64,000 nucleotides of DNA from an uncultured virus (IMG/VR IMGVR_UViG_3300017724_000001) (IMGVR_UViG_3300017724_000001), one strand, 5' to 3'; numbered from the stretch's first letter, positions 21,301 to 30,800 are shown. Made by a program: numbers and translations. Notes: generated from the sequence alone by a model not told the origin.

Positions 21301-24100
21301 AACAAAAATAGGAGAACAATATTGGGCTATACAAAATGAACTCAGAAGTCAACTTTATGATAATGAAGGTACACCATATCAATACAGACCTGTTTATAAT
21401 TTAGAAACAGCAAGTAAAGAAGATATAGAATACAATAAAGATCTAGCTGCTAAAAAGAAAGCATATGGTGATTTTTATATGGCTGAGCAAAAAAGAGATG
21501 ATGGTACATTACGTCCTTCAGGTATGTATCACAAGTACACCCAAGAGTTTATTGATATCAGAAATAAATATGAAGTGTGGAGACCTGGTGCTGAAACTAA
21601 TCAAAGAGGAAGTTGGGAAAAGAAAAAAAATATTTCAGATGCAGACTATGCAGCTTATGTTGCAAAATATTATCAGCCGGTTGAATATACCAGAGCTGTA
21701 AGAATAAAGGGAGAGGCAACAGGGCAAATTATAGAAGACCGTCAAGATATGATGGTGCCTAAAGCAGAGTATAGACAAATACTAGAAACCACCCTTGATG
21801 GGCGTAATATGAGAAACGCCAAGTATGATGCCATAATGAGTGGTACTGATGCAAAATCTATAGCCCAAAGGGAGTTTTATCAATTATACATAGATATGTA
21901 TGAGAATGACTTGCTTAAGAAAATACCTATTGGGCAAAGTGCACAAATGTTGGGTAGAGTTCCTTTAGTACAGAATAGATTGATGACTGATGTAAAAGAG
22001 AAAGGGACTTTGTTTACCAAGCTATATGCTAGTATGACAGAGAGTAGGGCTTGGAATATGTTTCAACAAACCTCTACTCAAAAAAATGTTATACTAGATA
22101 ATGAGGGTTATATTATTGATCAAATGCCTATTTACTATACCGGTAGACCTAAGCTTGATACTGATATGGCTGATTTACAAAAAGAAATTGATCTTCTTAA
22201 ATCAAAGTATAAAAAGAATGAAATCCAAGATCAGCAGTATAAAAAGCAAATAGCTGTATTAAATGGTAAAATGGTAAGGCTCAGAGCAACACCAAGTAGA
22301 GGACAGATTAGCACAGATATGGCATCTAGTTTACTTAAGTTTAGTGCAATGGCTCAAAACTATGAAACAATGGGCGCTGTAGATGATACCTTAAAAGCTT
22401 TTGTTAAGGTAATTGAAAACAGAACATATACTCCTGCTCCTGGATTGAGATTAAATCTAGTAGCAAAAGTAAAAGATAAAGTTATAGATAATTTAGGTAC
22501 TAAAGCTAATACAAGTACTCAAGAAAAAAATGTAGTACGTAGAGCAAAGAAGTTTATGTCTATGATTCATTATGAAAATGAAAACATTACTAAGGGTGCT
22601 GTAGATAAAATTGCAGATGGTCTTATTCAGTTGTCTTCTTTGTCATATGTAGCGTTTAACCCATTTGGTAACTTTAATAACTACTTGATTGGTAGAATAA
22701 ATAACAATATTGAATCTATTGGTGGTAGATTTTATAGTCAAAAGGCATTTAAAAGAGCAACCTGGGAATTTAATAAGAGAGCTATTCCAGGATTAGTCAA
22801 TAGAACAGCACATGGTGGAGCAGAAGATTTACTTGACGTAGTAACATTAGGTGTTATACCAGGATTAGCTAAAGCTGACTATGATAAAAAACTACCTAAT
22901 AGTAAGTATGAAGCTTTTGTTGATATGTTCAGAATGATGGATAGTATGTCTGATATACGTGAACAAAGTAGAGCTACTGAAGATGGTAAAAGTTGGTTTG
23001 ATAGAGCAACTGAGTGGGGTTATGTGATGCAAGATGCTGCTGAATATAATTCACAGACCAAAGTGGGTATGGCTATACTTATGGACACTATGATTAGAAA
23101 TAGTAAAACAGGAGAAGAGCTGTCATTCTATGATGCATTTGAATACGATACAAAAACACATAAGAATAAAATTAAAGATGGTTTTGATATAGTAATCAAA
23201 AGAAATGGACAAGAAGTAGCTTATAATGATGATATAAGATATGAAATTAGAAATGAGATTAGAGAAGTTAATAAACAAATCCATGGTAACTATGCCAAGG
23301 AAGATAGAATTGTTCTTCAGTCACATACACTTGGTGCATTAGCTATTCAATTTAAAAAGTGGTTGGCCCCAGCAATTAGAGCAAGGTATCAAAGAGAATA
23401 CTTTGATGAAAATCTAGGATGGATGGAAGGTAGATATAGATCTGCTTTATCATTCTTAAATTTTGCAAGAAAAGAGTTGGCTCAAGGTAATATGAACTTT
23501 AGAACAATGGGTAAAGAATACCTAAACCAACAAGTTAGAGCATATACTAGTGAAAAGTTTGGAGAAGCAAGAGATTATGGTGGAGGTGGTAACATAGATC
23601 AAAGAGCTAAGAATAGACTATTTGGTTTCTATAGAAGTATGGGTGATTTAGGTATCATGTTTAGTGTTATGTTTATTTCTTTGCTATTTGATGATTTATT
23701 ATCTGGTGATGATGATGATAGTGATACTGAAAAGAGATTTAAAAATTTAACAAGATATCAAGCAGATAGAGTATATAAGGAACTTGTTTTATTCATGCCT
23801 TCTTTTGCAGGGTTTGAACAGGTAGAGCAAATGTTTAACTCACCTATTGCTGCATCAAGATCAGTAAGTGAAATGTCTGAAGCTTTTGAAATGATTTTTG
23901 TTGGAGGTTTCAAATATACAATGGCTAAAGCAACCGGAAATGAAGAAGCATTTTATGCTAATTCTAATTATGTATATCAAAGAGGTAAAAGAAAAGGAGA
24001 ATTAAAGGTATATAAAAACATTAAAGATGTATTCCCACTACTATATTCTATTCAGAAATGGGATTCATACCTTAAAAACTCTGATTTCTATATTAAGTAA
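18323..24100 (+). CDS. Giant virion protein (1925 aa) with a degenerate zincin-like segment and a PD-(D/E)xK nuclease-like domain
   Basis: EEMLH replaces HExxH. GTADVFIID...IMDLKT and downstream QVNVY fit the RecB/Cas4-like motifs. There is a hydrophobic helix near the C-terminus, and the gene follows the vRNAP gene. Confidence 0.7.
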   Translation: MAKCYNRNDPGYQALKDEYGTDIKTSKVISDWQRVNDSDAFPSVVQALTMVKDQDIAFSLKRKAFGESVLNNLRRERIGSNLAGQFLINNSNPQTLSYDEAFLQSNLKRFYRYLEINNIPKDSFTVTRTPKSYKIEPINDMFSARDILESSRSWDTNRSRAVVMHLKRMFPQIQVKMLSVAQARVMYESLPKTKTNNVPFNEINSFYMDGVAYLIKGRVTDEIAIEEMLHPFIDAVKMENEELFNSLLDEAVNNFPELSAEIEDAYNSSTRNFTDTERDLEIVTQALSRHFKKEYETTPTKGFLAKVKELLEWFKGVIENLNKYITGRELPVSAIKPGTSLSDIAKLLNTEGIQFKLEKRVDGKLRYSLSPSKEIQVKDALERANDTQKPIIMQLFNVAQSENSGLVDSLSASVKDAAAGDSIVTLNKEDHTYINSNDSDKVYTSVTTAIKGKLSPDKQVAHKINLDIGNEVDTLLDGVIANLSFEDAYAALETNNISKDKAKDTFDTLASIMDSLKMKGAIVLSQVVLFDEASKMAGTADVFIIDQHGRINIMDLKTTKNELSKEVALNDKKGKRVGNQYKERFYALEQDSVLYQQGLAKELSTEQQHNLQVNVYRRMAENMGYEVSYDEWATSTIHFKVGIEGTGSDQVFDGSIEFDRWVPHPVSQNLNLVDALVPEVRNSYQKSKLEKDQEGSYNKIWNGKDQKEETTEDDKKAAENYDEYNAAAGLLDTYQKALIEKRDMIPLLKSNIYMESTKENEIDQISKTIAYINLAMAGNVKGQSKALSEVLLDALSQIKDFRAYVENPKNINSPEYVSYVLNFDKYMKTFEGLFILKDLKGLNNTQKNLILSLQQQLNLLSGAGTDTGGIVGEALKDYVKEMVRLKSNRDFGGENSLYTEKDLELLMEKAADISDTEYQTKDMATSPDVLLATMDKIRKAQNQKLLDLVAQRENLIRKAGQKLAKLSPELKLDELYEFMLEYDADGTFNGRYVTKIGEQYWAIQNELRSQLYDNEGTPYQYRPVYNLETASKEDIEYNKDLAAKKKAYGDFYMAEQKRDDGTLRPSGMYHKYTQEFIDIRNKYEVWRPGAETNQRGSWEKKKNISDADYAAYVAKYYQPVEYTRAVRIKGEATGQIIEDRQDMMVPKAEYRQILETTLDGRNMRNAKYDAIMSGTDAKSIAQREFYQLYIDMYENDLLKKIPIGQSAQMLGRVPLVQNRLMTDVKEKGTLFTKLYASMTESRAWNMFQQTSTQKNVILDNEGYIIDQMPIYYTGRPKLDTDMADLQKEIDLLKSKYKKNEIQDQQYKKQIAVLNGKMVRLRATPSRGQISTDMASSLLKFSAMAQNYETMGAVDDTLKAFVKVIENRTYTPAPGLRLNLVAKVKDKVIDNLGTKANTSTQEKNVVRRAKKFMSMIHYENENITKGAVDKIADGLIQLSSLSYVAFNPFGNFNNYLIGRINNNIESIGGRFYSQKAFKRATWEFNKRAIPGLVNRTAHGGAEDLLDVVTLGVIPGLAKADYDKKLPNSKYEAFVDMFRMMDSMSDIREQSRATEDGKSWFDRATEWGYVMQDAAEYNSQTKVGMAILMDTMIRNSKTGEELSFYDAFEYDTKTHKNKIKDGFDIVIKRNGQEVAYNDDIRYEIRNEIREVNKQIHGNYAKEDRIVLQSHTLGALAIQFKKWLAPAIRARYQREYFDENLGWMEGRYRSALSFLNFARKELAQGNMNFRTMGKEYLNQQVRAYTSEKFGEARDYGGGGNIDQRAKNRLFGFYRSMGDLGIMFSVMFISLLFDDLLSGDDDDSDTEKRFKNLTRYQADRVYKELVLFMPSFAGFEQVEQMFNSPIAASRSVSEMSEAFEMIFVGGFKYTMAKATGNEEAFYANSNYVYQRGKRKGELKVYKNIKDVFPLLYSIQKWDSYLKNSDFYIK

Positions 24101-24192
24101 GACAAATTAACAGGTTTAAATCTATTATATGACATATTATTTAGTTATATTATAGTATAAACCTGGATAGATAAAGTAAATGAGATTTATAA

Positions 24193-24606
24193 ATGACAAC
24201 TAAATTATTCATAGTGAGCATAACAGCATTTTGTACGTATTTATGTACGTACTTTTTTGATTTATCAATGGAAAACATGGAACAATACTTAGCTGTTTGT
24301 TCAGTATTATGGTTGGATGGCATTTTTGGAGTTTGGGCAGGCTGTAAAAGAGAAGGTTTTAAAACATATAAAGCATTAAGAATAACCAGAAACACGGCAG
24401 TATGGATAGCTATACTCACGGTTGTTCTTATGGTAGAAAGAGGCTTTGCAGGAACAAGTTGGCTATCAGAAGTAGTTGTAGTTCCTTTTATGATCTTACA
24501 ACTTATAAGTGCTTTAAAGAATGCTTCAATGGCAGGTTTAATAAAAACAGAAGAACTCAATAAAATTCTAGATAGAATTGATAACCATAAAGGATTAAGA
24601 AAATAA
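24193..24606 (+). CDS. Phage holin-like membrane protein
   Basis: 137 aa with 3-4 hydrophobic segments, LDGIFGV and QLISALKNA holin-like motifs, and a charged C-terminus. Confidence 0.65.
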   Translation: MTTKLFIVSITAFCTYLCTYFFDLSMENMEQYLAVCSVLWLDGIFGVWAGCKREGFKTYKALRITRNTAVWIAILTVVLMVERGFAGTSWLSEVVVVPFMILQLISALKNASMAGLIKTEELNKILDRIDNHKGLRK

Positions 24607-24615
24607 ACTTAACTC

Positions 24616-24879
24616 TTATCCCAGCATTGTTCTAATAAGATGAACTGTCCAAGCAATTAACCCGTTTATATTCAGAGCAACAAGATTCCATTGTTTACGT
24701 GATGATGTCTGTATAACTACACATATAAAACCTAGTATAAATAATCCCGGATGTAGTGTCCATTGACCTGCTATCAAAAAGCCTGCACCCATATAACCTA
24801 TACGGGATGCAACCTTTTGATATGATGTAAGCTTATTTTTATAAGCTAGTAATTTGAGTATTCTTCTTTTAACCTTCAC
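24616..24879 (-). CDS. Small multi-pass membrane protein
   Basis: 87 aa with three hydrophobic segments. It overlaps the nrdA stop codon. Confidence 0.55.
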   Translation of the reverse strand: MKVKRRILKLLAYKNKLTSYQKVASRIGYMGAGFLIAGQWTLHPGLFILGFICVVIQTSSRKQWNLVALNINGLIAWTVHLIRTMLG

Positions 24880-26494
24880 AACTTGAGCATTCTAAAATGT
24901 TACGTGCAAAATCCTGAGCTGAACTTTTGCTAAATTGATAGTATAAAGTTTTTACACCTTCTTCCCAGGCGTACATATATAGTTTGTTTATATCTTTAGC
25001 TGAGACAGATGGATCTATCATTAAGTTTAATGACTGTGATTGATCAATATACTTTTGTCTCTGTGCCGCCTGCAATACAATCTCTTTTGGAGATATCTCA
25101 ACAAATGATTTAAATACTTCTTTGGTAGGAAAGTCTAAGTGTTGTACACTTCCATCTTTCTTTAGAATGGATTTCCAGGTTTTGTCTGTATTTAGACCAT
25201 ACTTCTCAAGTTCCTCTTCTAAGAATGGGTTCTTATAGATAGTCTTAGACTTAGCAAGATCCTTAATAAAGTAGTTAGACTTAATAGGCTCTATACCCAT
25301 AGACACAGCACCGTGTATAAATGAGCTAGACTTAGTAGGAGCAATTGCCATAAGGGTTGTATTGGCATACCCTTCTCTAAGAGATGTGTATCCATAATCA
25401 TTATGTAACTCTCTTGAAGCAATCTCACTTCTATCTTTAAGGGTTCTAAAAATCTCACTGTTTAATCCTTTAGCCTGCAGTGAGTCAAACTCAAGAAGCT
25501 TAGATTGAAACAAAGAGTGATAACCTAATACACCAAGACCAATAGCTCTATGCTTTTCAGCAAAGTTAAACGCTCTCTTCATACCCGGCATAGTCTCAGA
25601 CTTAATAATGAACTCATCCATTACTGCGTTTAAGAAATATACATATGTTTCAATTGCGTCAGTTTCTTTTATCTGATCCCAATGTAACAGGTTGATAGAA
25701 CCAAGGCAACATACAAAAGAGTTATAACTATCTGTAGGAAGCTGGATTTCTGAGCACAAATTAGATGCTGTAATATCCATCCCAAGTTCTTTATACGGAG
25801 AATTGTTATTAGAATTATCTTTAAACATAACATAAGGAAATCCAAACTCACTTCTATTCTGAATGATCTTAGCCCATACTTTACGTTTGTCTTTATCTCC
25901 TTCTTTCATTTCAGTCATCCATTGATCAGTAACTGTAACACCATACTGCAGATTTTGTATGGGGTTACCCTCTGTACCAATATCTAAGAACTCTAAGATG
26001 TCAGCATGCTCAACTGGCAGGTATACTGCACAAGCACCACGTCTAGCTTCAGACTGCTTACATACATCTACTACAGTATCATATATCTTAGCGTAGTGCA
26101 CTGGACCATCAGCAAAACCACCTGTAGATATTTCAGTTCCTCTTGCTCTAATGTTGCCAATAAAAGCACTTGTACCTCCGCCATATTTACTCATCATTCC
26201 AATCTCACGACCAGCATTTAAAATACTATCTAAGTTATCATCAACATTAGATCCATAGCAACTTATAGGTAAACCTTTTTGTTTACCAAAATTAATCCAT
26301 ACAGGAGTAGACAAAGAGTAAAATCCTCTTGCCATATAATCCTCAAACTTTTCTGCAAAGCCTTTTATATTCAAATACTTTTCTGCTTTAATAGCAATGT
26401 CTTTGATTCTTTGTTCAGGGCTTTCTGATATATACCCTCTTGATAAAAATGTGCGGCTGTCTTCATTCAGCCAGTAGTACTTATTATATTCCAT
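24869..26494 (-). CDS. nrdA: Class I ribonucleotide reductase alpha subunit (short, no ATP-cone)
   Basis: PISC, SNLCSEI, CCLGSIN, APTKSSS, KTLYY motifs and a C-terminal CSSCEG. Confidence 0.95.
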   Translation of the reverse strand: MEYNKYYWLNEDSRTFLSRGYISESPEQRIKDIAIKAEKYLNIKGFAEKFEDYMARGFYSLSTPVWINFGKQKGLPISCYGSNVDDNLDSILNAGREIGMMSKYGGGTSAFIGNIRARGTEISTGGFADGPVHYAKIYDTVVDVCKQSEARRGACAVYLPVEHADILEFLDIGTEGNPIQNLQYGVTVTDQWMTEMKEGDKDKRKVWAKIIQNRSEFGFPYVMFKDNSNNNSPYKELGMDITASNLCSEIQLPTDSYNSFVCCLGSINLLHWDQIKETDAIETYVYFLNAVMDEFIIKSETMPGMKRAFNFAEKHRAIGLGVLGYHSLFQSKLLEFDSLQAKGLNSEIFRTLKDRSEIASRELHNDYGYTSLREGYANTTLMAIAPTKSSSFIHGAVSMGIEPIKSNYFIKDLAKSKTIYKNPFLEEELEKYGLNTDKTWKSILKKDGSVQHLDFPTKEVFKSFVEISPKEIVLQAAQRQKYIDQSQSLNLMIDPSVSAKDINKLYMYAWEEGVKTLYYQFSKSSAQDFARNILECSSCEG

Positions 26495-26505
26495 TGGTTT
26501 TATTT

Positions 26506-27486
26506 TTAAAATAAATCATCTTCTGTGATGCTCTTGCTTTTCTTGTTATAGTCAACACTCTTTTTGTAAAAGAAGTCTCCTTCTTTAGTACCGGTGATCT
26601 CTATATCAAACCATTCTACTGCTTTTAATATTTCTTGATCTACCTCAAAGATTGTTTTCATGCCTATCTTTTCTAGAGAGTTATTGAATCTGTTTTTTAT
26701 AAAATGTTGTATTGTATTTTGTGGTAAGAAGCTAAGCTCCCCTTTCTCAAATATCCAATCAAGTATTCCACACTCTGCTCTATATGCTTTTCTACATGCT
26801 GAGTCAATTAGGTCTTCAAACTCTTGGTCAAACCATTCAGGGTTTTCTTTTTTGATAATATTAATAATCTCAGCACCAAAGTTACCATGTATTTCTTCTT
26901 CTTTACTAGTAGCCTCAACAACATTAGATATACCTTTAAGTACATTCTTTTCTTTGTTAAAGCTCATCATAATTAAGAACTGACTAAATAGACTTACGTG
27001 CTCTATAAATAAAGAGAACAACAGCACAGACTTAGTATACATTTTATTGTCTCTAGAACGTGTACCATCCAAGTACTTCTTTAAGTACTTAAGTCTACCT
27101 TCTATTGCAGGTACCTCAACTACTGATTGAAATTCTTTTTCTAATCCTAGTATTCTAAGCAGCCTAGCGTAAGCATCTTTGTGTCTTACTTCTGACTCAG
27201 CAAAAGTAAAGCCTACATCACCTACTTCTGTGATAGGCATGCGTTTATAAAGATCTCCCCAAAAAGTTTTTACATTTACTTCTATTTGAGCAATTGCAAG
27301 CATTGTCTTTTTAATGACATCTTTTTCTTCTTTTGATATAGTGACTTTAAAGTCTTGTATGTCTTCTGTAAAGTTGAATTCTGTATCTATCCAGTAGGAA
27401 TGCCTAATTGCGTCTTTGTATGCTAATAGTTGTGGATACTCATAAGGCAGTATGTTTACTCTGGGTTTAAAGATGTCTTTGTTCAT
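26506..27486 (-). CDS. nrdB: Class I ribonucleotide reductase beta subunit
   Basis: Ferritin-like dimetal ligands (QIEV, ESEVRHKDAY, IEHVSLF, EEEIH) and the DFFYK tail. Adjacent to nrdA. Confidence 0.95.
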   Translation of the reverse strand: MNKDIFKPRVNILPYEYPQLLAYKDAIRHSYWIDTEFNFTEDIQDFKVTISKEEKDVIKKTMLAIAQIEVNVKTFWGDLYKRMPITEVGDVGFTFAESEVRHKDAYARLLRILGLEKEFQSVVEVPAIEGRLKYLKKYLDGTRSRDNKMYTKSVLLFSLFIEHVSLFSQFLIMMSFNKEKNVLKGISNVVEATSKEEEIHGNFGAEIINIIKKENPEWFDQEFEDLIDSACRKAYRAECGILDWIFEKGELSFLPQNTIQHFIKNRFNNSLEKIGMKTIFEVDQEILKAVEWFDIEITGTKEGDFFYKKSVDYNKKSKSITEDDLF

Positions 27487-27660
27487 AAGGTTATTATTAA
27501 GGATTAAAAAGCCCCATGATCTACAAGAGAAAATGCGGCTACTAGATATATTTAATTTACTAAATGTATATGAGATATAAAAGAGAACTATTGCTTTTTA
27601 TCTCATATTATATGTAATTTAACTTAGTTAAATTTTGTATATTGATATTAGTACACTAGA

Positions 27661-27668
27661 CAAAGATA
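27661..27668 (-). promoter_or_regulatory. Bacteroidota-type -7 promoter element upstream of nrdB
   Basis: Minus strand reads TATCTTTG, matching the TAnnTTTG consensus, in the intergenic region. Confidence 0.5.
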
Positions 27669-27678
27669 ATATTTATAT

Positions 27679-27999
27679 GTGTTAATCAGTTGTTTAAGTG
27701 AGACAAAATTTGTATATTATTCATATAGTACTTTTAAAAAACATATTATGTTTAAAAAAATTATAAATGTTATTTGGACTTATAGCTTACAAGATTATTG
27801 GAGAGCTATTTGGTCAAGAACAACAGTAGATGAAAAAGCACATGCTACCTTGTTAGAAATTGTAAAACGTTATAAGCTTACTGCACAAGAATTATCTGAT
27901 GTAGGTAAGGCAATTAAAGAGGTTGGTAATCAATTGGCTCATGTACCTAAAGCTGCTGCTGGTAAAACTAGAAAAAGAAAATCTAGTAAAAAAGCATAG
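27679..27999 (+). CDS. Small hypothetical protein with basic tail (likely true start MFKKII at 27748)
   Basis: ORF track. Amphipathic helical content and a KTRKRKSSKK tail. Confidence 0.55.
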   Translation: MLISCLSETKFVYYSYSTFKKHIMFKKIINVIWTYSLQDYWRAIWSRTTVDEKAHATLLEIVKRYKLTAQELSDVGKAIKEVGNQLAHVPKAAAGKTRKRKSSKKA

Positions 28000-28001
28000 T
28001 A

Positions 28002-28136
28002 ATGGCAAGAGTACAAGCAGCAGTATATGAAAAACCCTCAAAGTCAAAAAGACCTGGGGTTCATGCAAAAAGTAAAAGTTCTAGTTTAAAAACAAGCAAG
28101 AACTATAAAAAGAAATATAAAGGACAAGGAAGATGA
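28002..28136 (+). CDS. Small Lys-rich protein (44 aa), not in ORF track
   Basis: Translated by eye as MARVQAAVYEKPSKSKRPGVHAKSKSSSLKTSKNYKKKYKGQGR. It fills the gap between ORFs. Confidence 0.65.
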   Translation: MARVQAAVYEKPSKSKRPGVHAKSKSSSLKTSKNYKKKYKGQGR

Positions 28137-28234
28137 GACAAATTTGTTTATTAATACAATGGGTTACAAAAGGTAAAGTTTGTTTAGGGCATTGCCGTCA
28201 AGGTCTTTGTAAAAAAACTAAAAGTAAAATATAA
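28133..28234 (+). CDS. Small Cys-rich peptide (33 aa), not in ORF track
   Basis: MRQICLLIQWVTKGKVCLGHCRQGLCKKTKSKI, with ATGA and TAATG overlaps to both neighbours. Confidence 0.45.
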   Translation: MRQICLLIQWVTKGKVCLGHCRQGLCKKTKSKI

Positions 28235-28380
28235 TGGGTGATTGGCAATTAGAAATAGCATTTCATTGGCCGCACAATAGATTTGCATTGGGTTGGGAGT
28301 TTATACAACCAGATGCTGAGTTTAATTATGCTACAATAAAAGTATACTTGTTTTTTGTAACGTTTACATTAGACATATAA
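28234..28380 (+). CDS. Small aromatic-rich protein (48 aa), not in ORF track
   Basis: MGDWQLEIAFHWPHNRFALGWEFIQPDAEFNYATIKVYLFFVTFTLDI, with a TAATG coupled start. Confidence 0.55.
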   Translation: MGDWQLEIAFHWPHNRFALGWEFIQPDAEFNYATIKVYLFFVTFTLDI

Positions 28381-28391
28381 ATTTAAATAAA

Positions 28392-28616
28392 ATGGCTAAA
28401 AAAGGAGCTTGCTTACCAAAGCAAAAAATGACAAGACAGAAAAGCAAACTACTTATGAGAATAGGTGGTGAACTTGCTGAAGAAGATATTATGCTAGGTT
28501 CTGTAGTTGAAAAAATGAGAAAAGGCGGTAATGCAGAAAGAATTGTTCAAGATAGATCTGGTAAAGATAAAAAACAAAAATATAAAATGGGTGGTTGGAC
28601 CTATGATGGCAAATAA
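28392..28616 (+). CDS. Small basic protein with repeated xxGG motifs
   Basis: MRIGG, MRKGG and YKMGG motifs. Confidence 0.6.
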   Translation: MAKKGACLPKQKMTRQKSKLLMRIGGELAEEDIMLGSVVEKMRKGGNAERIVQDRSGKDKKQKYKMGGWTYDGK

Positions 28617-28619
28617 AGT

Positions 28620-29609
28620 ATGAATATTTTAACTGACATATTAAGTTTAATTAGACAAGGTAAGTTTTCAAAGCTTGCTGAAAAAGATGATGTTCTTGTT
28701 TTAGGAAAATGGAATGAACAGCCTGATATGACTGGTGTAGCTTCTCCAATTCCTTATAAAGCAGTTAAGCTTATTAAAGTAAAAGACTTTAAGGTTGAAG
28801 CTGCGTCATGTGAAATAAAAAATACACCAGAAAATACAAAATCTGGAGTAGGTGTATTTCAAAAAACAACAACTGACCCTGATACAGGGGAATGCATATC
28901 TTATTTACGCTCACTTAAAAGTTTATCATCTAACTTAAACTTAACTTTATCATTAGATGATAACTATATAGAATTAACTACTGATGGAGAACCCAATACT
29001 GCAGAAAATATAGGACGTGGCTTTGGTTTATATAAAGATAAAGTTGGTGAATCACTAAGATTTAAATCTATAGTTGCAGGTTCTAATATAAATATAAGTG
29101 ATGATGGTAGTTCACTGGTCATCAATGCAACGGGTGGTGGTGATCAAACATCTGCAATTAATATAGGCGGAGGTCAAGAGGTTTTTGAAAGTGAAATAGG
29201 TGATCAATTAAGGTTTAGAACTCTAATTGGTGCTGGTGATATTGATGTTCAAACAAAAGGAGATACAATAAGTATTTCAAGCTTTTCACCAAAAGTATTT
29301 AGAGCATTGTTAAGTCAAGCTGGTGATGCAGATCCAATAATAACTGTATTAGAAAACACAACAGATTTTACATTAAGTGTAAGTAGAGATCAGCCAGGAA
29401 CATATCAATTTGATTTTTCTTCAGCTGTAGCTGACGTAAATAAAATTGCAATTACAGTATCACAGACAGGAAAGTCAGGACCTCAGCTATTTAATATAAA
29501 TAGTATAAGTGATGAAGACTTTTCTTTACAAACGTTTTTTGGTTCAACAAATGCATTACAAGATAGTCAATTGCTTTATACACCTTTAGAAATATTAGTA
29601 TACCCTTAA
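28620..29609 (+). CDS. Fibre/spike-like structural protein (329 aa)
   Basis: Internal repeats (LRFKSIVAGSNINI / LRFRTLIGAGDIDV) and a C-terminal domain shared with the 870-aa fibre. Confidence 0.65.
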   Translation: MNILTDILSLIRQGKFSKLAEKDDVLVLGKWNEQPDMTGVASPIPYKAVKLIKVKDFKVEAASCEIKNTPENTKSGVGVFQKTTTDPDTGECISYLRSLKSLSSNLNLTLSLDDNYIELTTDGEPNTAENIGRGFGLYKDKVGESLRFKSIVAGSNINISDDGSSLVINATGGGDQTSAINIGGGQEVFESEIGDQLRFRTLIGAGDIDVQTKGDTISISSFSPKVFRALLSQAGDADPIITVLENTTDFTLSVSRDQPGTYQFDFSSAVADVNKIAITVSQTGKSGPQLFNINSISDEDFSLQTFFGSTNALQDSQLLYTPLEILVYP

Positions 29610-29618
29610 ATTAAAAAC

Positions 29619-30080
29619 ATGAGTGATAAAAAACCTAAAAAGAAATTTAAAGATACTAAAGTAGGAAAGTTCCTATTAGGTAATGGTTCTGCTATTGTAG
29701 ATACAGTAGGAGATTTATTACCAGACTCTGGTGTTCTTGGTATAGTAAAGAATCTTATAGATAAAGATCCTGTTATGCCACCGGAAGACAAAGAGAAAGC
29801 TTTGAAACTTTTAGAATTAGATCAGATAGAACTTCAAGAAGTTAGTAAAAGATGGGAGTCTGATATGAAATCTGATTCATGGCTTAGTAAAAATACAAGA
29901 CCAATGACATTAATATATTTAACTGTCATTACATCTTTATATATTATTCTTGACTCTTTAAATATAGCATTTGATATAGATGAAAGTTGGGTTGATTTAT
30001 TAAAGACTTTATTAGTTACAATTTATGTAGCTTATTTTGGGTCACGTGGATTTGAAAAATATACAACAATTAAAAAATAG
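29619..30080 (+). CDS. Holin of the 3TM (GTA-holin-like) type
   Basis: RWESDMKSDSWLSKNTRP followed by two TM helices and AYFGSRG. Confidence 0.75.
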   Translation: MSDKKPKKKFKDTKVGKFLLGNGSAIVDTVGDLLPDSGVLGIVKNLIDKDPVMPPEDKEKALKLLELDQIELQEVSKRWESDMKSDSWLSKNTRPMTLIYLTVITSLYIILDSLNIAFDIDESWVDLLKTLLVTIYVAYFGSRGFEKYTTIKK

Positions 30081-30085
30081 AAATT

Positions 30086-30286
30086 ATGCCAAATAATATG
30101 AAAAAAGCAGGAATGAGCTACACTTACGGTGGTGGATTTACAAAAGGCGCTGGAGATGGAGACATTACACCTTCTAAAGCAGGAATGGAATCAATGGCTA
30201 AAGGTGGTGGACTAAAAGGTTTTATGAATGGTGGTTCAGTATTAGACTATAAACAATACGGTGGCCCTAAAAAAGTAAAAAAATAG
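30086..30286 (+). CDS. Small Gly/Lys-rich protein with xxGG repeats
   Basis: YTYGG, MAKGG, FMNGG and KQYGG motifs. Confidence 0.6.
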   Translation: MPNNMKKAGMSYTYGGGFTKGAGDGDITPSKAGMESMAKGGGLKGFMNGGSVLDYKQYGGPKKVKK

Positions 30287-30288
30287 TC

Positions 30289-30558
30289 ATGGGAAACAAG
30301 AAAGGTATTACAAACAAAATGAAAATAGATGCATACTCTAAAGGAGGTGGTCTAAAAGGTTATATGGCTGGTGGCGATGTAACTGATGTATATGATAGCT
30401 TACCAAATAAGTCTGATGCTCAACTTGTAAAAGAATTAGAGGCTAAAGAAAGCACTTTTTTTAGACCTAAGTTCAAAACAGAACAAGACAAAAAAAATAT
30501 TGCTAGCATGAGAGCTTTACAATATGGTGGTAGCAACAAGAAATCTAAAAAGAAATAA
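30289..30558 (+). CDS. Small basic protein with xxGG repeats
   Basis: YSKGGGLKGYMAGG parallels MAKGGGLKGFMNGG of the preceding ORF; also LQYGG. Confidence 0.6.
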   Translation: MGNKKGITNKMKIDAYSKGGGLKGYMAGGDVTDVYDSLPNKSDAQLVKELEAKESTFFRPKFKTEQDKKNIASMRALQYGGSNKKSKKK

Positions 30559-30560
30559 TC

Positions 30561-30794
30561 ATGGCAAAGAAGATATCATTCCCTATGCAGGGTGAAAGCT
30601 ATAAAAGAGAAACAACTAATGGGGTTTATAACCCTACGTCTATTCCACAAGCATTGCAAAATGCTAAGAATAAGAAAAAAGTTGAAGCAAGAATAAGATT
30701 AGCAAAAAAGACTAATTTAAATCCTCCACAAAAGTCAACTAGAGCAAAAGAACCTGTTCAGTCTGAAGCTTTTAAAAGAGGATATTGTAAATAA
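30561..30794 (+). CDS. Small basic hypothetical protein
   Basis: ORF track; tightly packed in the operon. Confidence 0.55.
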   Translation: MAKKISFPMQGESYKRETTNGVYNPTSIPQALQNAKNKKKVEARIRLAKKTNLNPPQKSTRAKEPVQSEAFKRGYCK

Positions 30795-30800
30795 TAAAGC

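Noticed and set aside
2154..21701. Many short antisense or alternate-frame ORFs within the giant genes
   Set aside because: They are fully nested in long, motif-bearing ORFs and have shadow-ORF composition.
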